A DNA stretch of 35,307 bases, taken from a virus (taxonomy: Duplodnaviria; Caudoviricetes). Position numbers and translations under genes: made by a program. The stretch is from IMG/VR virus record IMGVR_UViG_3300033145_001818, positions 1-35,307 of that record; one strand, 5' to 3'. The notes beneath the pieces are model-generated. The model was not told the DNA's origin. It saw only the letters and a program-made list of their open reading frames with translations, and did not search any database. Of the stretch, positions 7,711-15,370 are shown piece by piece (positions within the stretch are counted from its first letter, which is position 1; each line of letters opens with the position of its first letter).

Positions 7711-8475
7711 ATGTCCACTTACAGAGTCTTCACCATCAAATCCGGCACCATTACGGAAGGCACTACTGTCGAGAAATTCACCCTCAAGGGTGCGGGAGCT
7801 ACCATCCCCGCCGTTCTGATTGGCGAAGAAGGGCGCGGGCGAGAGCTTGGTGTTTTGCCAGCCCAGCTTCTCCCTGCCCAACAGAAGGTCTGGGAGGAAA
7901 AAGGCAGCGTCACTATTACTGCTGCCGAAGTTGGACAGACCCGGGCGGGCAGGCCGAAGCTGATAGCCAATCAGGAAGCGGATACGGATGAGAAAATTAT
8001 TACCGTGCTCCGCACTAAAATTGGTTTTCGTGGAGGTAATTTCCATACAGGGGACCGTGCCGCGAAGTGGTGGGGGCTTCATAGGTACTGCTATGCTGAT
8101 GCGGAAAAGGCGGGGATACCGATCCAAAATCGGTACACCGCTGAAGAAGTGCGGGAATATTCCCCCCGTATTATGGAAGCTAGATACCCAGGAAGTGACC
8201 CCACTGGAGGGAGGTGGGATGCAGGGTTTGAAAGAAAGTTGGAGTTTACTCCCTTTCCTGGTGAAATCCTTGTAGAGGGGCACATCGCCCAGGGTGCCGC
8301 CGGGGGAATGGGAAGCGGCAGCCAACTCATTGCTGTCATGTCGAAAGACATCGTGTTCCGCACCAGTTACAGCGGGCGGTTGTACGGTGCTCCTGCTGCC
8401 CACTATTACGTTTGGACGGGAGAAAAACTCCTGTCCGCAACGTGGGAGGAAAGGCAGTTGGCAGATCTGTTCTAG
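7711..8475 (+). CDS. Hypothetical protein, array gene 5
   Basis: AAGGAGG RBS before MSTYRVF; 254 aa. Confidence 0.8.
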   Translation: MSTYRVFTIKSGTITEGTTVEKFTLKGAGATIPAVLIGEEGRGRELGVLPAQLLPAQQKVWEEKGSVTITAAEVGQTRAGRPKLIANQEADTDEKIITVLRTKIGFRGGNFHTGDRAAKWWGLHRYCYADAEKAGIPIQNRYTAEEVREYSPRIMEARYPGSDPTGGRWDAGFERKLEFTPFPGEILVEGHIAQGAAGGMGSGSQLIAVMSKDIVFRTSYSGRLYGAPAAHYYVWTGEKLLSATWEERQLADLF

Positions 8476-8500
8476 GCCCCGCCGGGAGCTTATCCCGGCA
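8475..8500. repeat. Intergenic hairpin A, copy 3
   Basis: ggccccgccgggagcttatcccggca directly at the stop codon. Confidence 0.8.
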
Positions 8501-8593
8501 GAAAGGAGGAACAAAATTCGCCAGAAGCCGACACTCCCCACTAAAGTGGGAAGTTAGCTGTGGGGAGCAGTCACTACTTTCTAGGATTCATAC

Positions 8594-8629
8594 AAAAAAA
8601 CCTGGTGGGCATGTTCCACCAGGAAAAAA
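8594..8629 (-). terminator. Hairpin flanked by A-tracts; reads as a terminator only on the minus strand
   Basis: aaaaaaa-cctggtgg-gcatgtt-ccaccagg-aaaaaa. Confidence 0.5.
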
Positions 8630-8660
8630 GAAAAAAGCGGGAGAACAAGGGGTTGGTTAT

Positions 8661-8870
8661 ATGCGGGGAATCAATTCGGCATTGAAAGCCTTGAAAAAAT
8701 GTTTTCAGTGCCAGCATAGCTCCAAGATACCAGGTGAATTATTTCCCCGGTGTCATGCACCCAAAAAAGTGCAGGAAGAGTGCATCCTGCACGAAGAGTG
8801 CATGAGGGAAGCTTATCTGCTTGAATGGGAAAAGGAGGAAAGGAAATGCGCGGAAAGCTACCTAAAATAA
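8661..8870 (+). CDS. Small Cys-rich protein overlapping the recombinase start
   Basis: MRGINSALKALKKCFQC..RCH..EC..EC; weak RBS. Confidence 0.55.
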   Translation: MRGINSALKALKKCFQCQHSSKIPGELFPRCHAPKKVQEECILHEECMREAYLLEWEKEERKCAESYLK

Positions 8871-9442
8871 CCTCGCGCCAGGAAGCAGCGCGAGTAATAA
8901 ACACCCCAGACGCGGGAACATTCTGCGGTCTGCGGGATAAAATGGCTATGTTGCTCATGTACCGGGCAGGCCTACGGGTGTCGGAGGTTTGCGCTTTAGG
9001 CGTGAACGATTTTGACTTGGACGGAGGGTTTATTTATATTCAATCCGGGAAGGGAAACAAAGACCGGGTTGTACCGGCCGCCCCGGAGATCATAGAATTA
9101 GGCCGGCAGTGGGTGCAAGCCCGGGAGGAGGTCGGCGAGGTTGAGTACTTTATTTGCACCAAAAACGGAACACCGGTTCTGCCGCGGTATTTGCGACATG
9201 TAGTCGCTAAATATTCACGCCGGGCTGGAGTTTATATCCAGGATGGCAAGAAAAAGAAGGCCATTCACCCGCACACGTTGCGGCACTGTTTCGGCACTGA
9301 GTTGGTGGAGGATGGCTTTTCGCTGCCCGAAGTGCAAGAGTTGCTCGGGCATGAAGACATTAAAACCACCGCCATTTATACACACGTGCGCCCAGAAGCC
9401 TTAGCCCGGAAAATGCGGGAGCGCAGAGGGATAGGGGCATGA
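8846..9442 (+). CDS. Tyrosine recombinase, catalytic domain only (198 aa, FimB/FimE-sized)
   Basis: GLRVSE, GKGNKDR, HPHTLRH, LGH, IYTH give R-K-H-R-H-Y; no N-terminal arm/core-binding domain. Confidence 0.93.
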   Translation: MRGKLPKITSRQEAARVINTPDAGTFCGLRDKMAMLLMYRAGLRVSEVCALGVNDFDLDGGFIYIQSGKGNKDRVVPAAPEIIELGRQWVQAREEVGEVEYFICTKNGTPVLPRYLRHVVAKYSRRAGVYIQDGKKKKAIHPHTLRHCFGTELVEDGFSLPEVQELLGHEDIKTTAIYTHVRPEALARKMRERRGIGA

Positions 9443-9552
9443 AAAAAGCGGTGTTATTCGGATGCGTGGCTTTTATAGCCACCTGCCCGAAGGCTTTTTT
9501 GGGTATTTTGGGGTTGGTTCTTGTCGTGGTTGTGGCCACGATATATAATTGA
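9439..9552 (+). CDS. 37-aa hydrophobic membrane peptide; not in ORF track
   Basis: ATGA overlap with recombinase stop; MKKAVLFGCVAFIATCPKAFLGILGLVLVVVVATIYN. Confidence 0.6.
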   Translation: MKKAVLFGCVAFIATCPKAFLGILGLVLVVVVATIYN

Positions 9553-9555
9553 CGG

Positions 9556-9588
9556 GCAAAATGCCCCTCTGAAAATTGAGGGGCATTT
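9556..9588 (+). repeat. 33-bp inverted repeat, left copy (11-8-11 palindrome)
   Basis: gcaaaatgcccctc-tgaaaatt-gaggggcattt; 32/33 identical to the reverse complement of 13051-13083. Confidence 0.9.
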
Positions 9589-9599
9589 GTTGTCGATTA

Positions 9600-9628
9600 T
9601 TGCGAAAGGGAAGGTTTCCCTGTATAAT
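9600..9628 (+). promoter_or_regulatory. Sigma-A promoter, followed by a leader hairpin at 9638-9672
   Basis: ttgcga-N17-tataat; gaaccgtc...gacggttc stem downstream. Confidence 0.7.
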
Positions 9629-9773
9629 AAACGGAAAGAACCGTCTCAGCTTTAGCGGGTGCCGGACGGTTCATCGTGGGGTATTTATATTTTTTTTGTG
9701 TTTATTTATTATACGGAATCCGCACAAAAAAGTCAATGCCCCTGCCGGTAAATATTATACGGGGGTGTTAGCT

Positions 9774-10298
9774 TTGCCACAGGATTTTTTGACCGTTGAG
9801 GAAAGTATTTATTCCGCCGGCTATGGCATGTTGTCCAAAAAGGTAATGCGCGATCGGACCCTGCCCGTGGGCGCTAAGGCATTATACGCCTATATCTGCA
9901 CGTTCGCAGGATCAGGAACCACTGCATGGCCGGGGCGCAAACTTATCACCAATGACCTCAACATCAACAAGGATACTTACACAAAATACCTAAAGGTGCT
10001 GAAAGACAAAGATTATATCCGGGTTATCCCCCGCCTGAACAAGCAGGGCCGCTTTGCCGGGAATAATTTTGTTATCGTTTTCAAGCCGTGTCCGAAAAAT
10101 CCGGACACGGATATGCCACCGTGTCCGAAAAAACCGGATACGGAAATTTCGGACACTAATATAAACAGATCTTTAATAGACCATAATAATTGCAAAAACC
10201 TTGCCAAAAACTTATCCATAAGGAAAAAAAATTACGCCGAATATCAGGAAAGGGTGAAAACATGCACTACCTCACAACCAAAGAAGCTGCGCAAATAA
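9774..10298 (+). CDS. HTH protein, replication-initiator N-terminal-like
   Basis: Likely TTG start; GYG..KKVMRDRTL..GAKALYAYICTFAG..AWPG pattern; iteron-like repeats after the HTH. Confidence 0.75.
   Translation: MPQDFLTVEESIYSAGYGMLSKKVMRDRTLPVGAKALYAYICTFAGSGTTAWPGRKLITNDLNINKDTYTKYLKVLKDKDYIRVIPRLNKQGRFAGNNFVIVFKPCPKNPDTDMPPCPKKPDTEISDTNINRSLIDHNNCKNLAKNLSIRKKNYAEYQERVKTCTTSQPKKLRK
10086..10156. repeat. Iteron-like palindromic repeats, candidate origin
   Basis: ccgtgtccgaaaaatccggacacgg, ccgtgtccgaaaaaaccggatacgg and a partial third copy. Confidence 0.7.
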
Positions 10299-10720
10299 TC
10301 GGTTGCGGCACAAAAAACATAACGCTTCTTTGCAAAGCGGGTAAATTCCCCGGTGCCAAAAAAATGCCGGGCAAAAAGACCGCGGAATGGCGCATTCCCG
10401 CCAAAGACGTTGCCAATTACCAGGCGCAGAAAGACTCCCCGGTTGAAGTAATGCCGCCAGAAGCCCTGGAACTGGTCACGAAACAATCATTCATGGATTT
10501 TATCACGGAAATACAAAGAAGGAACGAGGAAGAAATCGCGGAAATACGCAGAAGTATCGAAGAAATAGAGCGAAGAAAGGACGAAAAAGTCGCGGAAGTA
10601 CGGTCGCAACTGTCGCGGAAGGAGGAAGAAATCGCAGAAATAAAAGCCAGACTCGCGGAAGTCGAAGAAAAGACGAAGAAAAAACCCGGCATACTTGCCA
10701 GGCTTTTTAATCGTATTTAG
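10262..10720 (+). CDS. Excisionase/MerR-like HTH, coiled coil, amphipathic C-terminus
   Basis: YLTTKEAAQIIG..GKFPGAKK..WRIP; EEIAEI heptads; KKPGILARLF. Confidence 0.8.
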   Translation: MHYLTTKEAAQIIGCGTKNITLLCKAGKFPGAKKMPGKKTAEWRIPAKDVANYQAQKDSPVEVMPPEALELVTKQSFMDFITEIQRRNEEEIAEIRRSIEEIERRKDEKVAEVRSQLSRKEEEIAEIKARLAEVEEKTKKKPGILARLFNRI

Positions 10721-10911
10721 CGCCATGTTTCTTCCGGGTAAACTCCGAAGGCTTTTTTATACGCTTCCCGGCGTTTCTTTGTTTCCGTTTTTTCCTTCTT
10801 CATTCTTTCTTCCTTGACCGCCATATCGGTCATATTCTGCCTGCGTTCCCAATCACAGAGACCACGAGCTATTTCCCGACCCAATCCGCGCCCGAACTGT
10901 CTAAAACCCAC
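10717..10911 (-). CDS. Small basic hypothetical protein
   Basis: Overlaps the Replic_Relax stop; GGAGGG upstream. Confidence 0.55.
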   Translation of the reverse strand: MGFRQFGRGLGREIARGLCDWERRQNMTDMAVKEERMKKEKTETKKRREAYKKAFGVYPEETWR

Positions 10912-11551
10912 CGCCGGCCAACCCTCCTTTCAATTCGTCCAAGGTTTTCACCACGAACTTTAATCCAATCTTATTATCCCGATCAATAATATCCCGTATC
11001 CGTTCCGCGTCCTTCGGCGTTTCCGTGGCCACCAAAATCCGGGCAAATAATCCGGGTAAAGGCCATTGTGGGCCGTCCCATTCACCCGATTCGAAGTAAG
11101 CCGCGTATTTATTTACTTTATCAAATTTGCGCTGGTTTACTTCCCGATGCATTTCCAGGAACCAGGGTTTGCCATCGTGCACAAAGTATGCATCAGCTAT
11201 CAAAACATCCCCACAATTAACTTCACGCTGAAAGTGCTCAAGCTTCCCGCTCAGCTTTAAGCAAACCCAAACCCAATTGACCTGGATTAAATGATCCGCA
11301 TTGTCCGGCATCCTGCGCCGGTAATAAACGTAATCAGCGGTTACGGCGCAACGTCCGCGTCGCACTTTCTTTTCATCGTAAAGTTTTTTTAACTCCACTC
11401 GCGATTTCCACTTAGCATAATCAGAACTACCAAAACATACTAATTGGATCTGCTCTCGGCTCAACAAACCACAATCCGACACATAAGAAAAAACATTCAA
11501 TTTACGCAACAATCCATACTTGCGTGAATTTAAAACACTCAAAAAAACCAC
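10901..11551 (-). CDS. Replication-relaxation (Replic_Relax)-like protein
   Basis: wHTH N-terminus (LSREQIQ..F), H..VNWV, ADAYF..WFLEM..FDKV.KY nuclease-like core; adjacent to FtsK. Confidence 0.7.
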   Translation of the reverse strand: MVFLSVLNSRKYGLLRKLNVFSYVSDCGLLSREQIQLVCFGSSDYAKWKSRVELKKLYDEKKVRRGRCAVTADYVYYRRRMPDNADHLIQVNWVWVCLKLSGKLEHFQREVNCGDVLIADAYFVHDGKPWFLEMHREVNQRKFDKVNKYAAYFESGEWDGPQWPLPGLFARILVATETPKDAERIRDIIDRDNKIGLKFVVKTLDELKGGLAGGGF

Positions 11552-11627
11552 ATCCTACCTAAACTTCAACAATCCACAAAAACAAAAGCCTCTTATATAA
11601 AACTTTGCGCAAATATTAGACCCAAAC

Positions 11628-12833
11628 TTACCAGGACACCGCTCTTTTCACTTCAGGTTTCACGGCCTGCGGGTAACGCTTCCTAACGATTTCCGCGGCC
11701 TCTTTGGGCGGCAAGTGCATTACTTGTACCTGCCGGAGACGGTGCGTCAAGAGTATTGCCCTGCCTTTCCCCCGGACATAAGCCGCGTGGGGCATCCCTT
11801 CACCCAATATCATTTTGCTGTTTAATTCATTTCGGGTCTTGAAACACAACGTAACCGGCATCAGAGCTTTTGTATCGCCCGGTAAGACGCTGTAAGAAGG
11901 CCGCTGGGTGCAAACTACCGGGTGTACCCCCGCAAAGCGTCCCATGCGGCACAGGCGCGTTACAAGGGCCTTTTCATCACTCCCTAAATCCGCATACTCA
12001 TCCACTACTGCCAGGATATGCGCCAGCTTATGGTTACGGCCATGGTTGTATTCGCGGGTATTCGTCACTCGCGCCTTGCGCATCAGCCCCGCGCGCCGGT
12101 TTAATTCAGCGTTTGCTGCTTTCAAGATCCGGTTTACGCCTGCCAGCTCTCCGGCCCAATCTAACAAATGCGGCACGGCTTGGAATTTCTCGAATTCAAC
12201 ACCGTTTTTCAGGTCGCAAAGGTATAATTGTACTTGGTCCGGACGGTAGTTCATTACCGCCGCCGTAATAGCCTGCGTTAAGAATTGCGACTTACCAAAC
12301 CCAGGCATACCGCCGATCAGCAGTGCGAAGTTTTCGTCCCGACTCATATCCAGCATGACGTACCCCTGCCGGGCAATCCCGATCGGAATGGCACAATCGT
12401 ATTTCTTTATCTCAGCGGCCAGATCCGGACGGTAAGCGTAATACTGCGGTATGTGTCGGGTGTAGACTTTCAAATGCGCCCACCCCGAATTGTCCACCCA
12501 AGCATCTGTTTCGGCGTTCAAAGCGGCTTCCAACTCCACCCGGTTAATCTTTTGCAGGCACAGGCCGGGATATAGTTTTAAAATAATGTGGTAGCCATAG
12601 TCGGTCTTAATAAACCTGCCGATTTGCGGTTTCCGTTTAATTTCACCGTTTTCTCGAACCACAAAACCCTTATTGATAAAGAATTCCTCCAGGTTGCTTC
12701 TCAGCGTTGCACCTTTAAAATGCGGCTGCAGGTATTTCCGGTAAAATACCCCCCCAGCGTCAACCACAGCCTTTGCGGAGCCGTTCAGAGCGTCATACGC
12801 TACCTCGGCGGTTTTATTGGCAGCGTTTGTCAT
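11628..12833 (-). CDS. FtsK/SpoIIIE-family ATPase
   Basis: Walker A GMPGFGKS, DLKNGVEF, Walker B VVDEYA, GRFAGVH..TQRPS. Confidence 0.9.
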   Translation of the reverse strand: MTNAANKTAEVAYDALNGSAKAVVDAGGVFYRKYLQPHFKGATLRSNLEEFFINKGFVVRENGEIKRKPQIGRFIKTDYGYHIILKLYPGLCLQKINRVELEAALNAETDAWVDNSGWAHLKVYTRHIPQYYAYRPDLAAEIKKYDCAIPIGIARQGYVMLDMSRDENFALLIGGMPGFGKSQFLTQAITAAVMNYRPDQVQLYLCDLKNGVEFEKFQAVPHLLDWAGELAGVNRILKAANAELNRRAGLMRKARVTNTREYNHGRNHKLAHILAVVDEYADLGSDEKALVTRLCRMGRFAGVHPVVCTQRPSYSVLPGDTKALMPVTLCFKTRNELNSKMILGEGMPHAAYVRGKGRAILLTHRLRQVQVMHLPPKEAAEIVRKRYPQAVKPEVKRAVSW

Positions 12834-12979
12834 ACTTCTTCCACCTTCACAGTCGGAATGTCGTCTTGTTGCTTCCAGGTTCCTTGTGCGGTTTTCGGCG
12901 CGTCAAGAATTAAGTATTCAATCAATCTGGTTGCGGCGCAGGTTACGAGGATGGTCCCGAGCAATAACGAAACAGACAA
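12830..12979 (-). CDS. 49-aa membrane protein coupled to FtsK; not in ORF track
   Basis: AAGGAGGTG RBS, TTG start, MSVSLLLGTILVTCAATRLIEYLIL; ATGA overlap with FtsK start. Confidence 0.65.
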   Translation of the reverse strand: MSVSLLLGTILVTCAATRLIEYLILDAPKTAQGTWKQQDDIPTVKVEEV

Positions 12980-13050
12980 ATTCACCACCTCCTTTGGGTA
13001 TAAGTTTATGCGCCAGATGGTTTGTCCGGTTCAAGGTATTTTATGCAAAA

Positions 13051-13083
13051 AAATGCCCCTCAATTTTTAGAGGGGCATTTTGC
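13051..13083 (-). repeat. 33-bp inverted repeat, right copy; also terminator-like on the minus strand
   Basis: Reverse complement gcaaaatgcccctc-taaaaatt-gaggggcattt followed by T-run. Confidence 0.9.
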
Positions 13084-13324
13084 TTTTAGCGATTTTTTTT
13101 ATACGCCGCAAATCGGTGAAACCCATCAAGTAATCGGGGGATTCGTTAAATAGTTTACATAATTTTACTAAATTCTTAAACCCTGGTGATTTTAACTGCC
13201 TTTCATAGTACGATATCAGGCTGATCGGGCAATCAATAAACTCTGCTAATTTCTCTTGCGAAAACCCTCTCTCTTCACGCAGTTGTTTGAGTCTTTTGGC
13301 GAATAATTTTAAATTGCTGCTCAA
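13067..13324 (-). CDS. XRE-family HTH regulator
   Basis: RLKQLREERGFSQEKLAE..ISYYER..LVKLCKLFNESPDYLMG. Confidence 0.9.
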   Translation of the reverse strand: MSSNLKLFAKRLKQLREERGFSQEKLAEFIDCPISLISYYERQLKSPGFKNLVKLCKLFNESPDYLMGFTDLRRIKKIAKSKMPL

Positions 13325-13489
13325 TGCTCTTTTCTCCTTTGTTTGTTTTTTATTTTCTCCTGACTTAATTATACACTATAGTTATATTGCAAATAAAATC
13401 TTGTTTTCCGGTAGCATCCCGTCCTACATAGGTCGAAGCTTGATACGTTACTTGCCCTTTTTTGTTTACACGTTTTTTTATGCTGGCCA

Positions 13490-14131
13490 TTATCTCACCT
13501 CACTTTTGAACATAATAGCTTTTCCAATTATCTTAATATCCCGCGTTTCTTTTTTATTAAAAACTAAATCTTGATATGCAGGGTTCTCCGAACGTAAAAT
13601 TATTGAACCGTTAATTTTATAAACTCGTTTAAGCGTTGCTTCTTCATTATCTATCAGTACGGCAGCAATTTCACCATTTTCTACATCCGGTTGTTGGCGA
13701 ATATAAACAAGATCTCCATCGAGAATTCGAGCCCCAATCATGCTATCACCTTTTACTCGGAGGCAAAAATCTATATGACTAGTTTCAGGTACTTCTTCAT
13801 AACCAAATAAATCTTCTGAAGCCAGAATAGGAACTCCAGCAGCTATAGTCCCGTATATTGGAACCGATTTTGTATTTACTTTTGTACGTATAAAATATTT
13901 TGTTACCGATTCATAACCCATAAGCCATGAAGGATTGATATTGTATTTTTTAGAAATAGCTCCAATTAAACTACGAGGCATGTTTCCAATCTCGCCAGAT
14001 TCATATCGATTGTATGTCGTAGGATTGACCCCAAACATTTCAGCAAATTGTTTTTGGTTTAAACCGGTAGATTCTCTTATTTCTTTCAGGCGCTCTGTGC
14101 CCCGTTTCAATAAACTGTTTATATCTTCCAT
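13490..14131 (-). CDS. CI/LexA-like repressor with S24 autopeptidase
   Basis: N-terminal HTH, IAAGVP cleavage site, GDSM Ser, TLKR Lys. Confidence 0.93.
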   Translation of the reverse strand: MEDINSLLKRGTERLKEIRESTGLNQKQFAEMFGVNPTTYNRYESGEIGNMPRSLIGAISKKYNINPSWLMGYESVTKYFIRTKVNTKSVPIYGTIAAGVPILASEDLFGYEEVPETSHIDFCLRVKGDSMIGARILDGDLVYIRQQPDVENGEIAAVLIDNEEATLKRVYKINGSIILRSENPAYQDLVFNKKETRDIKIIGKAIMFKSEVR

Positions 14132-14230
14132 CTATTATTACCCCCTCGTTGTTATATTTTATTATAGCTTATAATTGTTTATAATTCAATTATTATTTAA
14201 TTTATTGCCCAAAGTATTTCATTTTATGCA

Positions 14231-14259
14231 TTGACATTTTAGGTATTCTGAATTATCCT
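14231..14259 (+). promoter_or_regulatory. Rightward promoter of the CI/Cro switch
   Basis: TTGACA-N17-tatcct in the AT-rich divergent intergenic region. Confidence 0.65.
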
Positions 14260-14313
14260 TTATATATGCGATTGTAATTAATGCAATATCTTAGCGAAGG
14301 GGGGGACGGTGCC

Positions 14314-14559
14314 GTGGCGAAACAAGAAAAATTATTTCTTAAATTGAGAGGAGAAATTGTAGCAAAAGGCTATACTTTGAAATCAGTAGCTCAAGAAATA
14401 GGGTTAACCCAACAAGGGTTAAATGAAAAATTGCAGGGTCGCTCTGATTTTACTTTGCGAGAAATGATAGAAATTTGTAACTTATTAAATTCAAAAATCG
14501 ATATTTTTTTTGAACCCAAATTGCATAATTTGCAATTCACAAAAAACAACATAGCTTAA
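14314..14559 (+). CDS. Cro-like HTH protein
   Basis: Divergent from repressor; KLRGEIVAKGYT..VAQEIG..LNEKLQGRSDFT..IFF. Confidence 0.85.
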   Translation: MAKQEKLFLKLRGEIVAKGYTLKSVAQEIGLTQQGLNEKLQGRSDFTLREMIEICNLLNSKIDIFFEPKLHNLQFTKNNIA

Positions 14560-14582
14560 AATTGTACAATCGGAGGCTAAAC

Positions 14583-14954
14583 ATGAAGGGAATCGTCAAA
14601 ATTAAGAAAATTCACGTCGGCGACCGCATCAATGGCAAAAAGATCGTCGAAGTGGTTCACCGGCTGCACTGCGGCTACGTCCGGGTAGTGCTGGAAGGCG
14701 GTCGGGTATCGTGGATGGTTACAAGGGCAAGATGGTGGAGGTGGAAAGGAGGGAGGTTGGTGAAGCTAAACAGCGCGGCCATACGCGCGGTGATGCGCGG
14801 TAAAAAAACATGGAACTGGCGTAAATGCGTGCCGCTGGTGGCCTTGGCAACAGGGTTTGTGGTACTGGTCCTGGCAACGATACTACAAAGCTGGTTTTTA
14901 AGCCAGACACCGGTGGAAGTGTGGGAGAGTATATTTTGTATCCCAAAATTCTAG
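14583..14954 (+). CDS. Hypothetical ORF, probably two genes (second from GTG 14760, membrane protein)
   Basis: GGAGG RBSs before 14583 and 14760; C-terminal TM segment. Confidence 0.55.
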   Translation: MKGIVKIKKIHVGDRINGKKIVEVVHRLHCGYVRVVLEGGRVSWMVTRARWWRWKGGRLVKLNSAAIRAVMRGKKTWNWRKCVPLVALATGFVVLVLATILQSWFLSQTPVEVWESIFCIPKF

Positions 14955-15028
14955 AAGCACGCAGATAAAAACAGCCGCATAAGCGGCTAGAAAAAACTTC
15001 AAGAAAACTATACCACAGAAAGGAGAGT

Positions 15029-15370
15029 ATGGCAATGCCCAAAAGGGCCGAACTAATTTCCCGCGCTAATAAGACAACCGATGCGATAAATCACGCTTGG
15101 GATACGGTCAATGGAATAATCCGACCGCTGAGTATAAACATGGACGCGGCGCATGGGTTTACCGTGCACTTGCGCAATTGCCGGGATTTAAAAGATATAC
15201 CCGGTGAGGAGGTATCAGTATCACTAATAAACGATCCCGATTACCCGATGCTGAAGGCAAAATTATTGAAACAATACCAGGGTGTTGCGTTTATATGTTT
15301 CGCGGATGAGCACGAACTCAAAAACTTTATACGAGAAAGGAGGCAATTAGGCAATGGAATTGTTAATTAA
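15029..15370 (+). CDS. Hypothetical protein
   Basis: AAGGAG RBS; overlaps the next gene. Confidence 0.75.
   Translation: MAMPKRAELISRANKTTDAINHAWDTVNGIIRPLSINMDAAHGFTVHLRNCRDLKDIPGEEVSVSLINDPDYPMLKAKLLKQYQGVAFICFADEHELKNFIRERRQLGNGIVN

Noticed and set aside
6547-8500. Recurring palindromes as a CRISPR array or terminators
   Set aside because: Spacing is gene-sized and irregular, and there is no T-tract after them on either strand.
7588-8541. 317-aa minus-strand ORF
   Set aside because: Antisense shadow of 7711..8475, with no recognisable motif.
8846-9442. Recombinase as the prophage integrase or host xerC/xerD
   Set aside because: It lacks the N-terminal domains, lies inside phage genes, and has no adjacent att or host boundary; no symbol assigned.
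13490-14131. Host lexA
   Set aside because: XRE-type HTH and a divergent Cro-like gene indicate a phage CI repressor.
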